A DNA stretch of 64,000 nt from Octopus vulgaris (taxonomy: Eukaryota), in assembly GCA_951406725.2 (NCBI GenBank), contig OX597840.1, forward strand, positions 5,766,001-5,830,000, given 5' to 3'. The first letter of the stretch is position 1, and every line of letters starts with the position of its first letter. Shown here piece by piece: positions 1 through 13,225 of the stretch. The notes below the pieces were generated by a model, which saw only the letters and a program-made list of their open reading frames with translations, was not told the DNA's origin and made no database searches. The position numbers were made by a program, and so were the translations under genes.

Positions 1-484
1 CCGATCCCTCACGGTCGAGATCCTTAACGACTGGTTCAGGAGCATCCGATGGTGCAGATGTCTCCCTTCGGGTGATAAATATAATTTTCGTATCTTTCAT
101 CTTGCGTCTCTCATTAACCAAATACATAGCGAACACTGTGAAAGTGACCGTGCTTTACCAGTAAGCTACCAGGAATAAACCAGCATGGGCCGACCCGTTA
201 CCTCATGGGTCTGTTTCCGTTAACTTACGGGTCGGACCACGTCGTTGTATTTACCCGGTGCATATCGCCACAGACTCCCGGCGACTGACGGGATCGGACG
301 CGGCTACATCCACGTGTACGTGGCGATACCGCGAGCTTAGGTTCATTCTTTCGTGATCGGGCACGGTAGCGCGGCGGAGCTCCAGGCGACTGGCGTAGGC
401 CTGCCACTGGCGGCCCCAACCTATACTAGCCACAGTTGTCATCTTTCGGGAATTTTATTATCTAATGATGATGATGATGATGAT

Positions 485-880
485 CCTTTCTACTGAAGGC
501 ACAAAAGCTTGAAATTTTGGGGGAGGGATATAGTCGATTGCATCAATCCCACTACTTTACTGGTACTTAATTCATTGACCCCGAAAGGATGAGAGGCGAA
601 ATCGACCTCAGCGGAATTTGAACTCATAATGTAACGGCAGACAAAATACCTATTTCTTTACTACCCACAAGGGGCTACACACAGAGAGAACAAACAAGGA
701 CAGACAAACGAATTAAGTCGATTATATCGACACCAGTGCATAACTGGTATTTATTTAATCGACCACGAAAGGATGAAAGGCAAAGTCGACCTCAGTAGAA
801 TTTGAACTCAGAACGTAGTGGCAGACAAAATACCGCTGAGCATTTCGCCCGGCATGCTAACAGTTCTGCCAGCTCACCGA
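485..880 (-). mobile_element. tRNA-related SINE family B with tandemly repeated ~180-bp body (2 units)
   Basis: Reverse complement of GAGCTGGCAGAA...GAGTTCAAATTC...GTCGACTTTGCCTTTCATCCTTTCG...GTACCAG seen at 44780, 50615 and 53407. Confidence 0.75.
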
Positions 881-923
881 CTCAATAATGATAATGATGG
901 TAATAATAATAGTAATAATAATG

Positions 924-971
<48 letters not shown>

Positions 972-977
972 TCTAAT

Positions 978-1475
978 CTTAACTGATTGGAAGTGTTATC
1001 ATGTACAGTGTTTTGTCTTGGTATAAAAGACGGGCTACTGCAAATATTCTGCTCAATACCACATATTTGCTTGTCAGTTGTTTGACCTTAACCAGTTGAG
1101 CATGTCCCTTAGTGGCTGACGATATGTGCATCTCTGACCACAAGCAGAAGTAGTGGGGGAGCATCATAGTCATGTGTTGAGAGGGATTCTTTGCGGTTTG
1201 AATAATTCACCTCTGTTTCATTCAACATGCGTAAACAACCCTTATTCAGGAACCTTTTGAGCGGAATGGGTTACTCGACCTGAAGAAAATTCTAGCTGGG
1301 CCCCACCTGCAAGGTCATGTGCTGTTTATCTTGATATGAAATCACCATGTCGTGCACATATGGTTGTGATGCATGTGCCTAGTGTACCCTTATCAGATAA
1401 GTATACTGGGCTTCGTATATTTTACCCTAGTGTCACTTTGATGGTATGCACTGCTCTCTCACTCAATAATAATAA
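978..1475 (+). mobile_element. Non-coding retroposon tail family ending in CTCTCACTC(AAT)n
   Basis: The same ~490-bp sequence recurs at 8230-8790(-), 9320-9480(-), 26480-26700(+), 26881-27370(+) and 32720-33060(-). The complete copies share a fixed 3' end at (AAT)n and have variable 5' truncation. Confidence 0.7.
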
Positions 1476-1568
1476 TAATGATAATGATAACAACAACAAC
1501 AACAATTATAATAATAATAATATCGGCCAAGAAAAGAGAGAGGCCGTGGACTTTTACAACTGGCAATA

Positions 1569-2600
1569 ATAATGAAGATTGCTACAATTGGCCTAGACAC
1601 CTACCTGAAAAACTCTGAGGACTGGATGTTAAAACTTGTCTCAAAACATGAAAACAAGAAAGCATCATACTCAGTAACAAAACAGGCAAAGGAATATCTA
1701 AGTGAATTCCGAATACAACAAATTCCGGAATTAGACATACTATAAACAAGCACAGAAAAAGCTAAACACATGAAAACTCGTGCTAAAACTGCGGCCTTAG
1801 ATATTCTGAATGATAAATGGCCAGAAAAACCTCTCAATGGCAAATATCCAAAGAGAGCGAATAATGCAGATGTTGACAAAGCCCTGACCCATCAATGGCT
1901 AATGGCCTCTGGCTTAAAATCTGAAACAAGGGTTTATCATAGCAGCTCAAGATCAATGCCTACCAACAAGGAACTACCAGGCCAACATATTAAAGAACGG
2001 CAGTAGCCCAACGTGTTGTGTATGCCAACAACAAAATGAAACCATTAATCATGTTGTATCCAAGTGCAGTCTTCTAGCGCCTACAGAGTACCTCAACAGG
2101 CATGATAGAGCTGCACAATATATTCACTGGGTAATTTGCAAAAACCTGGACTTGCCCCATGATAAAAACTGGTGGGAACACAATCCACCTCCAGTGCTTG
2201 AAAATGACCACATCTCACTCCTCTGGAACTTCACCATTCAAACTGACAGGAAGATAGATGCAAATAGGCCAGACATTATATTGAAAGACTTCAGACAAAG
2301 AACATGCCTCCTCATTGATATGACTGTCCCAATAGATATAAACGTGTCTGTCAAGACCTACCAAAAACTGAGCAAATATAAAGATCTTAAAATAGAAATC
2401 AGCAAAATGTGGAACCTGAAGACTAAAACAATACCTGTTGTCATAGGTGCCCTGGGAATGATAGCAAAAGTGGCTGATTGCTACCTAACTCAGATACCAC
2501 GAAACCCAAAAATGGCAGAAATTCAAAAGATAGTGCTCATGGGAACTGCTCATATCCCACGCAAAATACTTTCTATGTAATCTCAAGGTTTAAAACAAAC
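1569..2600 (+). mobile_element. 5'-truncated R4/Dong-like non-LTR retrotransposon (CCHC knuckle + restriction-like endonuclease), frameshifted
   Basis: WLMASGLKSET..AAQDQCLPT, C..C...ET..H...C, RHD, LLWNFTIQTD...RPDII...LIDMTVP...K.SKY.DL...IPVVIGALG are typical REL-domain motifs. Confidence 0.85.
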
Positions 2601-2609
2601 ATAATTTGC

Positions 2610-2790
2610 TGAAAAGTTCCTTGTTTTTGGTAAAAGAAAATATATGAGGATCAGTTAATTATGACTTTATTCAACATATTCCCCTCCCAGATTCACACAC
2701 TTATTGCATCGGTCTGTCAGGTTTTCTAAGCCCTGTAACAGAACTCGGAAGGTTGGGTCTTCAACCTGGCCTTTCGCGACAACATATTTA
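2610..2790 (-). mobile_element. mariner transposon 3' end fragment
   Basis: Minus strand encodes ...KCVNLGGEYVE* (mariner C-terminus); a related fragment lies at 29135-29240. Confidence 0.55.
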
Positions 2791-2929
2791 TGATTTTATC
2801 AACTCTCCATAGAAGGTCAAATAGGAACTGGTTTTCTGTTCTTTTTTTTCAGCTCAAAACTAAATTAGCCGGAAAATGGAAAATGTGCAAATTTTGTTTC
2901 TTCATAGCTCTTTCCTAATTTACTAAATA

Positions 2930-3262
2930 CCATCGATGCCAGCGCCGCCTCGACTGGCTTCCGTGTCGGTGGCACGTAAAAAGCACCATCCGAAGCCAGT
3001 GTGGCCTCGACTGGCTTCCATAAAATGCACCAATCCGACCGTGGCCGATGCCAGCCTCGCCTGGCACCAGTGCAGGTGGCACGTAAAAAGCACCCACTAC
3101 ACTCATGGAGTGGTTGGCGTTAGGAAGGGCATCCAGCTGTAGAAACGTTGCCAGATAAGCCCGGAGCCTGGTGCAGCCTTCTGGCTTCCCAGATCCCCGG
3201 TCGAACCGTCCAACCCATGACAGCATGGAGAACGGACGTTAAACGATGATGATGATGATGAT
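2930..3262 (+). mobile_element. Retroposon 3' tail ending in (GAT)n (RTE-type tail/SINE)
   Basis: Ends GGACGTTAAACGATGATGATG; internal repeat GGTGGCACGTAAAAAGCACC; related copy at 13561-13686(-). Confidence 0.55.
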
Positions 3263-3559
3263 CAATATAGTATATTATATTATTGTTTTTACGTATTTTT
3301 GTATTTTTCTTCATGTAACATCGTCCGTTTTTCCGTCCTTGTTTTGTATACATTCGAGGCTTTCTTCCAAGGAATCTAATGTGCTTGGCTTAGATTTTCC
3401 TTTGGGGCTGGCCAGATCGGAGCAATCTCAAGATTAATCAGCCGAAATTGCGAAGATGATCCAGTTCTTGACTGAAGATTGAAGGCTTTGAATGTCCCGT
3501 CCGTGTTTTTTGTATCGTCTTCTAAATGTTTTGCGTTCTTGTTCCAGTTTGTATTTTTT

Positions 3560-3610
<51 letters not shown>

Positions 3611-3697
3611 AGAGTTTACGAAAAAAACCAAAGACGAAGACAGGTGGTGTACAAAACAAACAGATGTATTAGTATAACGCTCAGGAATAGAAAAAGT

Positions 3698-3733
3698 CTT
3701 TTACGTTTCGAGCCTACGCTCTTCTACAGGAAG
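3698..3733 (-). ncRNA. Degenerate minimal hammerhead-like motif (core CTGTAGA)
   Basis: Minus: cttc CTGTAGA a gagc gtag gctc GAAA c GTA aaag; A6 is altered; same family as 32076, 48573 and 49254. Confidence 0.5.
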
Positions 3734-3798
3734 GGACACAGAAAAAACAAGGAGAGAAAAAAAAGTGTGTGTAGTGGCTAACGATCTACCATGGCGAC

Positions 3799-3842
<44 letters not shown>

Positions 3843-3938
3843 TCCATGTAACACAGCGCCTTCAGTTTGAAAGGACTTATACAGCTTGTCGGTGATCAAA
3901 AACATTCTTACTTCACTTTGGAAAACTTTTGTTAAGTG

Positions 3939-3989
<51 letters not shown>

Positions 3990-4004
3990 TATATATATAT
4001 ATAT

Positions 4005-4075
4005 ATTGCTATGACGAGTTGCGGACATCTACGTAAGTGATTACGTAAGTGGTAGCAACGAAACTGGTTTGTGAT
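4005..4075 (+). ncRNA. Hammerhead-like motif with long helix II, core ATGACGA (3:8 mismatch)
   Basis: attgct ATGACGA gttgc...tacgtaa gtga ttacgta...gcaac GAAA ctg GTT t gtgat. Confidence 0.55.
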
Positions 4076-4223
4076 TAATCTGTATATTTTGTATCTTTTC
4101 ATTTGTCTTGCTAGCTTACATTCTGGTGTTTGCTGAATTTTCTCAAGAACATTTCTTTCTTAGTAGTAAGACCATAAGGGATCCACTTCTAGCGTAATGG
4201 ATGTCCACTTAGTGGTCATCCCT

Positions 4224-4273
<50 letters not shown>

Positions 4274-4318
4274 CATATATAGATACATATATATACATAT
4301 ATTCATACACACACGCAG

Positions 4319-4370
<52 letters not shown>

Positions 4371-4436
4371 TGAAGGCGCGTGGCCTAGTGGTTAGGCTGT
4401 CGCATTCATGATCAGGGAGTGTGGTGGGGTATGCCC

Positions 4437-4915
4437 GTACGGTAATCACCGGTTTACGACAAAAGGAAGCTGGAGACGATGATCTCCTGGGGCTATAAGC
4501 TACAGTAACACCCACCCTTAGTGGTTAGCCATATTGATATGGCTAGTATACTTCACGTTGTCGATTCAGAGATTTATTATTATTTTCGAAATCAGTGACA
4601 AATGTCACTAGGAAAACCTGTAAGTATTTGCAAACAGGTCTTCCTTTTGTCGTAAACCGGTGATTACTGTACGTTGACAAGAGGCAAATTACCTCGAAAC
4701 TGCAGTCCGTGCATATCGCTTAGGTTTACGAGAGAGGGATGACCTCCCTTTGCAAATACCATAAGGGCACAGAAAGTGTGCCTAAAGCCAGCTGGAGACG
4801 ATGATCTCCTGGGGCTACAAGCTACAGTAACACCCACCCTTAGTGGTTAGCCATATTGAGATGGCAAGTATACCTCACAGTTACTGTTTACATCTCGTTC
4901 AGAGATTTATTATTG
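4437..4915 (+). mobile_element. Non-autonomous Penelope-like/retrozyme element: 322-bp monomer, ~115-bp direct repeat, inverted 5' piece
   Basis: 4469-4583 repeats at 4791-4913; 4437-4469 is the reverse complement of 4640-4672; HHR inside; homolog at ~51710-52000(-). Confidence 0.7.
4669..4712 (+). ncRNA. Minimal type-I hammerhead ribozyme, U3-A8 core variant
   Basis: gtacg TTGACAA gagg caaatta cctc GAAA ctgca GTC cgtgc: helix I gtacg/cgtgc, helix II gagg/cctc, palindromic helix III ACTGCAGT, GUC cleavage triplet. Confidence 0.8.
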
Positions 4916-5148
4916 CTATATATATATATATAATACAAAGTAAGATAGGGGTTATGGGTGTAACCCACTATGGGATATCAATAATTTATAATATGACTTT
5001 TAAAATCTGTATTTGTATTATTATCTTATCTATTGATTTATATAATATTTTGTATGCTTCTGATGTTCTCACTTGTAAAATGAATAAATAATTTAACATT
5101 ATAATATCCGTAAGTTGATGAACAAATTATATATATATATCACTTTCC

Positions 5149-5354
5149 CTCTTTTACTTGTTTCAGTCATTTGACTGCGGCCATGCTGGAGCACCGTCTT
5201 TAATCGAGCAAATCGACCCTGGGACTTATTCTTTGTAAGCCCAGTACTTATTCATCGGTCTCTTTTGCCGAACCGCTAAGTGACAGGGACGTGAACACAC
5301 CAGCATCGGTTGTCAAGCAATGCTAGGGGGACAAACACAGACACACAAACATAT

Positions 5355-5385
<31 letters not shown>

Positions 5386-5555
5386 CATATATACGACAGG
5401 CTTCTTTCAGTTTCCGTCTACCAAATCCACTCACAAGGCATTGGTCGGCCCGGGGCTATAGCAGAAGACACTTGCCCAAGATGCCACGCAGTGGGACTGA
5501 ACCCGGAACCATGTGTTGGTAAGCAAGCTACTTACCACATAGCCACTCCTGTGCC
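5149..5555 (-). mobile_element. tRNA-derived SINE family A (~400 bp, internal TA/TG microsatellite)
   Basis: Head GGC(G/A)CAGGAGTGGCT(G/A)TGTGGTAAG (A box) and GGTTCAGTCCC (B box), body CTTGGGCAAGTGTCTTCT, tail GAAACAAGTAAAAGAG; about 20 copies or fragments in the window. Confidence 0.85.
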
Positions 5556-5621
<66 letters not shown>

Positions 5622-6112
5622 ACATGCAGAAAGAGTCAACCAATTCGTCTGTATAGACAATATGTACCTAATGTGTTTGCGGACAGAAAAAAAAGGACAG
5701 TTGTCCATAGTGTTGCTATTATGTTAAACTGTTGCATGTCCAAATTTGGCCAAATGTGTTGTTTTTCAATATTTAATTTTGCTTGCAATAGCCAGTTCTT
5801 TTGGTCAAACTATCTTCAGATAGTCCCAGCTGCTTCAGATGCCAAGATATGAAAAATTGTCAGAGTGTAGTAGAACAGTTTAGGATTTTTCAAAAATGTA
5901 GTAAGTCCCAAATACGACAGTTTTGCAAAAACATTTCTGACTGAAAATATCATACATGCATGGAGTTACGATTTTATGCACCCAACAACGTATTATTGCT
6001 AAGCTGAAACTGTTGCTAATGTAAAAAACGAAATGGAATGGAGAGACTTTGTTTTCCGAAAAAGCAACGTTTTAGATTTACGACACTTTTGCATAATAGC
6101 AACTATATATAT

Positions 6113-6680
6113 ACTCTTTTTACTCTTTTACTTGTTTCAGTCATCTGACTGCGGCCATGCTGGAGCACCGCCTTTAGTCGAGCAAATCGACCCTGGGACT
6201 TATTCTTTGTAAGCCCAGTACTTATTCTATCGGTCTCTTTTGCCGAACCGCTAAGTGACGGGGACGTAAACACACCAGCATCGGTTGTCAAGCAATGCTA
6301 GGGGGACAAACACAGACACACAAACACACACATACATATATATACATATACATATATACGACAGGCTTCTTTCAGTTTCCGTCTACCAAATCCACTCACA
6401 AGGCATTGGTTGGCCCGGGGCTATAGCAGAAGACACTTGCCCAAGATGCCACGCAGTGGGACTGAACCCGGAACCATGTGGTTGGTTAGCAAGCTACTTA
6501 CCACACAGCCACTCCTGCGCCTATATATATACTCTTTTTACTCTTTTACTTGTTTCAGTCATTTGACTGCGGCCATGCTGGAGCACCGCCTTTAGTCGAG
6601 CAAATCGACCCCGGGACTTATTCTTTGTAAGCCCAGTACTTATTCTATCGGTCTCTTTTGCCGAACTGCTAAGTTACGGG
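6113..6680 (-). mobile_element. SINE A full copy (6113-6521) plus tandem partial copy (6531-6680)
   Basis: Near identity to the 5149-5555 copy. Confidence 0.85.
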
Positions 6681-6877
6681 CTTCTTTCAGTTTCTGTTGA
6701 TCAAATTCACTATAGTTGAAGACACTTGTCCGAGATGCCGCAGAATCGGACAGAAACCGCGGCCGTAAGGTTGAGAAGCAAGCTTCTTATTCACACGACT
6801 ACAACTGCACCAAAGCGGTAAAAGAACACAATCACAGCAGCAGCAATAGCACCAACAACAACAGCAACAACAATAGT

Positions 6878-7070
6878 GGAGGCGCAATGGCCTAGTGGTT
6901 AGGGCAGCGTACTTACCGTCGTAAGAACGCGGTTTCGATTCCCAGACCGGGCATTGTGAGTGTTTATTGAAAACAAAAAAACACCCAAGCTCCATGAGGC
7001 TCCGACGGGGAAGGGTTGAATCCCGCTGTACTCTTTCACCACAACTTTCTCTCACTCTTTCTTCCTACTT
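6878..7070 (+). mobile_element. tRNA-derived SINE family C, 5' part
   Basis: GGAGGCGCAATGGCCTAGTGGTTAGGGCAGCG...GGTTTCGATTCCC head as in 56959-57341. Confidence 0.75.
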
Positions 7071-7352
7071 CTGCCACAAAGCAGAAGAACCATAGTGTAA
7101 TCTGGTGTTGTAAATTTTCAGACCCTACTCTAGATTGCGAATCCTCTGTACCCCAGGATGGTTCAGTTCTCTACCCGTTAAAACCCACCGTTTATGGAAT
7201 GAGGATAGCAACGTAGCTTTCACGCCCGTGCAACCACCAGTCTATCGCGTGTGGTGGGTGGATCTTCAAGTTGCCACACACATTCTTAGTAGCTTAGAGT
7301 AGGCTCGAATTAGAGATTATTCTTTGTGGTTAATGGCATGAGTCCTGATTGT

Positions 7353-7590
7353 AAGAAGAAGAAGAAGAAGAAGAAAGGAGAAGAAAGAAGAAGAAGAAAG
7401 AAGAGAGAAGAGAGAAGAAGAAGAAAGAAGAAAGAAGAAGAAAGAAGGAAGAAGGAAGAATGAAGAAGAAAGAAGAAGAAGAGAGGAGGAGGAGGAGGGG
7501 GAGGAAGGAGAAGAAGTCGAAAAAGAAGAAGAAGACGAAGAAGAAGAAGAAGAAGAAGAAGAAGAAGAAGAAGAAGAAGAAGGAGAAGAA
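7353..7590 (+). repeat. (GAA)n/(GGA)n purine-rich microsatellite
   Basis: Directly visible; source of the poly-L/S ORFs. Confidence 0.95.
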
Positions 7591-7646
7591 GCAACAACGA
7601 TATTAAAAAGAAGAAGAAATACAATAAGAATAACAATAACACTTAC

Positions 7647-8156
7647 GTATGAGATCCGGGGAGCCATTGGCATAAAACACCTCGATATTCCTGGAATGGA
7701 AACCGTTGCGACGCAACATATTGTAGATACTTCGGAGGTTGGTCTTGTGTTCCATCTTCAAAGCAAACCGGTTCCATCCACCAGAGAGCAGTACTGCCCA
7801 GTCACAAATCTCCATGGGTCGGCAGCGCGATGTTGTAAGGTGACGCCGTTTTTGACCCAAACTTGTAGTCAGGTCACATCGCTTTGTATTGATTTTCAAC
7901 GGGTCGCACGTTAACCCGGACGTCTCCTTGTCAGGGAGGAAACGTGGACAGGAAGCAGAAAACCCTGGAATGTCTGTATAACAGTACAGTTGTGCTTCCT
8001 TGCTGTTGGCATGGGAACGTCTCTCGTGGAACACCGTCCGCTCGACAGTTGGTATAAAACTGATCTCGCATCGGCGAACCAAATCTGTGTGAGCAGATTT
8101 CGGCCCCAGTTCATTCCTGCACCGACGTCTAATTGCTAGTGATACGCAATCTCCAT
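7647..8156 (-). CDS. Coding exon 2 of the same gene: Cys-rich segment followed by the start of a peptidase C13 (legumain/GPI8)-like domain
   Basis: Pyrimidine-rich acceptor ttttctattccag|AT at 8156 and donor C|GTAAGT at 7646. The phase-1 join with exon 1 reads ...HGYVT-D-GDCVSLAIRRRCRNE... with no stop. It contains WAVLLSGGWN...H..N...IYNML..NGF...NIEVFYANG, matching the pattern of the first strand/helix of C13 proteases. Confidence 0.85.
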
Positions 8157-8229
8157 CTGGAATAGAAAATAATAAAATAATAAATTTTAAAACGTAAATA
8201 ACCTATTGTTATTATTGATATTATCATTA

Positions 8230-8790
8230 TTGAATGAGAGGGCAGTGTATGCCATCAAAGTAACACTGGGGTAAAATATACGAAACTCAAATATACCCAT
8301 CATGACTACCCGTCTGATAAAGGTGCACCAGGCACATTCATCACAACCATATGTGTGCGACATGGTGATCTCATATCGAGATAGACCGAACATGACCTTG
8401 CAAGTGGGGCCCAGTTAGAATATTCTTCAGGTCGAGTATCCTATCCCGCTCAAAAGGTCCCTGAATAAGAGTTGTTTAAGGATGTTGAACGAAACACTCA
8501 TGTTTCTAAAGTGAATTATCCAAACCCCAAAGAATTCCTCTCAACAAATGGCTATGATGCTCCCCCACTACTTCTGCTTGTGATCAGAGATATACATATC
8601 GTCAGCCACTAATGGACATGCTCAACTGGTTAATGTCAAACAACTGACAAGCAAATCTGTGGTATTGAGCAGAATATTTGCTGTAGCCCATCTTTTATAC
8701 CAAGACAAAACAATGTACACGATAACACTTCCAATCAGTTAAAAACAGAAGCCATGAGAGCCACTGTCTGGTACTGCATCAGGGCATTTT
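8230..8790 (-). mobile_element. (AAT)n-terminated retroposon tail family, longest copy
   Basis: Reverse complement of 978-1475, extended at the 5' end. Confidence 0.7.
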
Positions 8791-8817
8791 ATGTACTGCA
8801 TCAGGACATTTGTACTG

Positions 8818-8853
<36 letters not shown>

Positions 8854-9485
8854 CATCATCATCGATAAAAAAGATACCAGTTGGACACTGGAGTCTCCGA
8901 ATTTGCTGGCTATATGCCGAAATTTGAAACTACTACTACTACTACATATATGTGAGTGCGTGCGCACGTATGTGTATCTTTGTGATAATTTGTGTCACCG
9001 CCAAACTGCGTGACAACCAGTATTGGTTTGTTTACGTCCCAGTAAATTAGCGGCTCGACAGGCTTAAAAGATAGGTACGGGGATGCGGTTTGTGTGACTA
9101 AAAGCCGTTAAGGTAGTGCCCCAACATGGCTGCAGCCCGATGAATAAAACAAAGGATAAAAGATGACACTCATATGAATGGATGGTTATGGCTGGAACGC
9201 CTTTAATAACACTGTGTAACACGATTTTTGTACTTTCATAGCTGCTGTTATTTCCTATATGCTGACCCCTAGAAAGTACGAAAAACGGTTAGTATTTCCT
9301 TCAAACTTTGCTTTTCATACATTTATTCAAACCCCAAAGAATCCCTCTCAACATAGGGCTATGATGCTCCCCCAACTACTCCTGCTCATCATCACAGACA
9401 CACATATTGTCAGCCACTAAGGGACACGCTCAAATGGTCAAGGTGAAGCACCTGTGGTATTTGAGCAAAATATTTGCTATAACGA

Positions 9486-9893
9486 GGAGTGGCTGTGTGG
9501 TAAGTAGCTTGTTTACCAACCACATGGTTCCGGGTTCAGTCCCACTGCATGGCATCTTGGGCAAGTGTCTTCTACTATAGCCTCGGGCAGAACAAAGCCT
9601 TGTGAGTGGATTTGGTAGACGGAAACTGAAAGAAGCCCGTTGTATATATATATATATATATATGTGCGTGTGTGTGTTTGTGCGTCTGTGTATGTCCCCC
9701 TAGCATTGCTTGACAACTGATGCTGGTGTGTTTATGTCCCCATTACTTAGCGGTTTGGCAAAAGAGACCGATAGAATAAGTACTGGGCTTACAAAAGAAT
9801 AAGTACTGGGGTCGAGTTGCTCGACTAAAGGCGGTGCTCCAGCATGGCCGCAGTCAGATGACTGAAACAAGTAAAAGAGTAGAGTAAAAGAGT
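9486..9893 (+). mobile_element. SINE A
   Basis: Full head, body and tail; TAACGA occurs on both sides (possible TSD). Confidence 0.85.
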
Positions 9894-10035
9894 AACGATA
9901 TTTCTGCTTCAGTACCTCAGCGCTGAATCTCTCTGAAATGTAATGGAAAATAGGTCAATTTCGAAACGTTGATGTCCAGCTCAGAGAAGCAAAGTTTGAA
10001 GGGAATAGTAGTCATTTCCATTGATTTCTAAATAT

Positions 10036-10230
10036 TAGGCTGTCCGGAAAGTTCACGCCGATTTTTAAAGGAAAGAAAAAGGTCAATAAATACTTGCCAT
10101 TACATTTTTAATCAACCAAATATGAATCATTTTCTTGCACAATGCATCTCCATCTTTCCTTTACCTTGAAAATACCCTCTTTCCAGAATCGAGGTGGTTT
10201 CATGCAAAGAATTCATCAAGGTATCTTTTT
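10036..10230 (-). mobile_element. mariner 3' end with TIR
   Basis: Minus strand YLDEFFA*KPPRFWKEGIFKVKERWRCIVQENDSYLVD; TA-TTAGGCTGTCCGGAAAG terminus. Confidence 0.65.
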
Positions 10231-10277
10231 ACGTACGTACGTATGTATGTATGTACTATGTATGTATGTATGTATAA

Positions 10278-10610
10278 GCTGGACTCATGAGTCATCTTCG
10301 TAGTCATAAAACGAGACAGATGAGTGACAACCTGGCCACTGGTGGTGGTGTAACACACCATACTAATCATATCTGTCGGGCATGTGGAAGAGAGTGTAAT
10401 TCGGCAGGAGGACTTAAACGACATGCAAAGGTACATGAAGCCCAGTTACAACTACAGCCGGCTATTGCTGGTAAAGGTTTTAGTTGCCAATTCTGTACAA
10501 GACATTGTAGATCTTTAGCTGGGCTAAAAAGTCACATTCCATCACAGCAGCAATAACAGTTAAGCTTCGTGCAATGGCCATACTCGATAACGAGGGGGCA
10601 GCCATCATCA
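10278..10610 (+). mobile_element. RTE-type LINE 3' end encoding C2H2 zinc fingers
   Basis: GLMSHLRSH, C..C...C....GL..H...H twice, then a short 3' UTR ending in CATCAT; no splice context. Confidence 0.6.
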
Positions 10611-10969
10611 TGTATGTATGTATGTATGTACGTACGTATGTATGTATGTATGTATGTATAAACTCCTATACAGACATGTGTATAAACAAACATGTACGTG
10701 TGTATAATACATCTCAATCTCTATACGTATATATAAAGGTATATATACACACACATACATACACACAGACACGTACACACACACATATATACATATGTAT
10801 ATGCACATGTATATATATTCCAACTTTTATATATCTATGTATAATGTATGCATTTATATATGTATATATAAATGTAATTACACACACGCGTGCGCACATA
10901 CGACACACACACACTCACACACAAACATATATGTTGTAGAGAGAGAGAGGGGAAGAGAGATAGAGAAGT

Positions 10970-11345
<376 letters not shown>

Positions 11346-11662
11346 TTCAGGCATATTCCTCCATGCGTATATAACGTATTCATACACACACACACACACA
11401 CACACACACCTGTGCAAGAAAGAATTCAAGATAAAAACAAAATGGAAGTAAGTATAGAAAATGCTGAAGAACCAATGAAATAAAACTTAAGCTATGATGA
11501 AGCCGCAAAACGACTGAAGGATCAACCAATCAGAACGCAGCAGCAGTTAAGTATGCATAATTAATTAGTCTCCCTGAGTGCGTGTGTTTATTTATATACC
11601 AATATGAATGAAGGTTTCATTAGATTATTAATATTTGCAGGCGAAAATATTTTCAGTATGTA

Positions 11663-11694
<32 letters not shown>

Positions 11695-12161
11695 TGTGTG
11701 TGTATGTGTGTGTGTATGTGTGTGTATGTGTGTGTGTGTAGGTATGTATGTGTGTATGTGTGTGTGTGTGTGTGTATGTGTGTGTGTGTGTATGTATGTA
11801 TGTGTGTGTGTATGTATGTGTGTATGTATGTATGTGTGTGTATGTATGTATGTGTTTGTGTGTATGTGTGTGTGTGTATGTATGCATGTACGTATGTATT
11901 TTTTTATTTATTTATTTATTTATTTTTATCTAGTTTCAGCTCACGAACTGTGGCCATGTTGGGGCGTGTGTGTGTGTGTGTGTGTGTGTAAGTGTTTGTG
12001 TTTGTGTGGGTATTTTGTGGTACGAAGCTTGCTTTCCAACCTCATGTGGCACATTGGCCAATTGTCTTCTACTCTGGCCTCAAGTCAACCGAAGAGCCAT
12101 GACAGTGGTTTCAGCTGATAGAAACTGAAAGAAGGCTAGGGTGGGTGTCTCTATCTATCTA

Positions 12162-12201
<40 letters not shown>

Positions 12202-12307
12202 TATTTATATAGATAGATAAATAGATACAGACGTACATACATACGTATATATATACATATATATATACATATGTATATATATATACATATGTATATATGT
12301 ATACATA

Positions 12308-12345
<38 letters not shown>

Positions 12346-12817
12346 TATGTATACATCTGTGTGTGGGTATGTGTGCTTGCCTTTATGTATGTGTTTGTAT
12401 CCTATCTCTCCTATCTTTCCTCTTATCACAGAAAATATTTCTCCCACCGTTCGCAATTTTACCCTCGTTCTGGTTGAACAACCTTCCATGTTTGTTTTCG
12501 TTCGGTTTCCATGCACGCCTCCACTGTCCTGTTTTCGATCCCAACTTTAACCCTCCTTAAATCCCATGGGAGCAACTGTCTTCGAAGACTCATACTGTCG
12601 TTCAGTGCTCGAAATGAGGAGTAGATAGACAGACGACAACTGATGAAGGGTCGTTCTTTATGTTACTTGTCCAGTTACCCATTTGTTTCTCTCCTTCTTT
12701 GCATCATGAACTCATTTGTTTTCGTATTTCATGTTGTTTACTGTTGATGCCGTCCTGAACCCATATGCATATATATGTATATATATAATGTACTCATGTA
12801 CATGTATATATACTCAT

Positions 12818-13225
12818 TTACTCATTTACTTGTTTCAATCATTTGACTGTGGCCATGCTGGAGCACCGCCTTTAGTCGAGCAAATCGACCCCGGGACTTA
12901 TTCTTTGTAAGCCCAGTACTTATCCTATCGGTCTCTTTTGCCGAACCGCTAAGTGACGGGGACGTAAACACACCAGCATCGGTTGTCAAGCAATGCTATG
13001 GGGACAAACACAGACACACAAACACACACACACACATACACTTATATGTATATACATATACACGACAGGCTTCTTTCAGTTTCTGCCTACCAAATCCACT
13101 CACAAGGCATTGGTTGACCCGGGGCTATAGCAGAAGATACTTGCCCAAGATGCCACGCAGTGGGACTGAACCCGGAACCATGTGGTTGGTAAGCAAGCTA
13201 CTTACCACACAGCCACTCCTGCGCC
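12818..13225 (-). mobile_element. SINE A
   Basis: Full-length match to the family. Confidence 0.85.

Noticed and set aside
3468-3505. CTGANGA...GAAT...GTC motif in the ~250-bp repeat (also ~31950, ~36260, ~49430)
   Set aside because: The stems do not pair and GAAA is absent, so it is not supportable as a ribozyme.
5640-6100. Possible exon 3 or DNA-transposon remnant
   Set aside because: No open phase-1 frame with splice sites; only a vague Cys pattern, insufficient to call.
10287-10556. C2H2 zinc-finger host gene
   Set aside because: It is isolated, 5'-truncated into a microsatellite and followed by a short repeat tail, which fits an RTE LINE C-terminus better.
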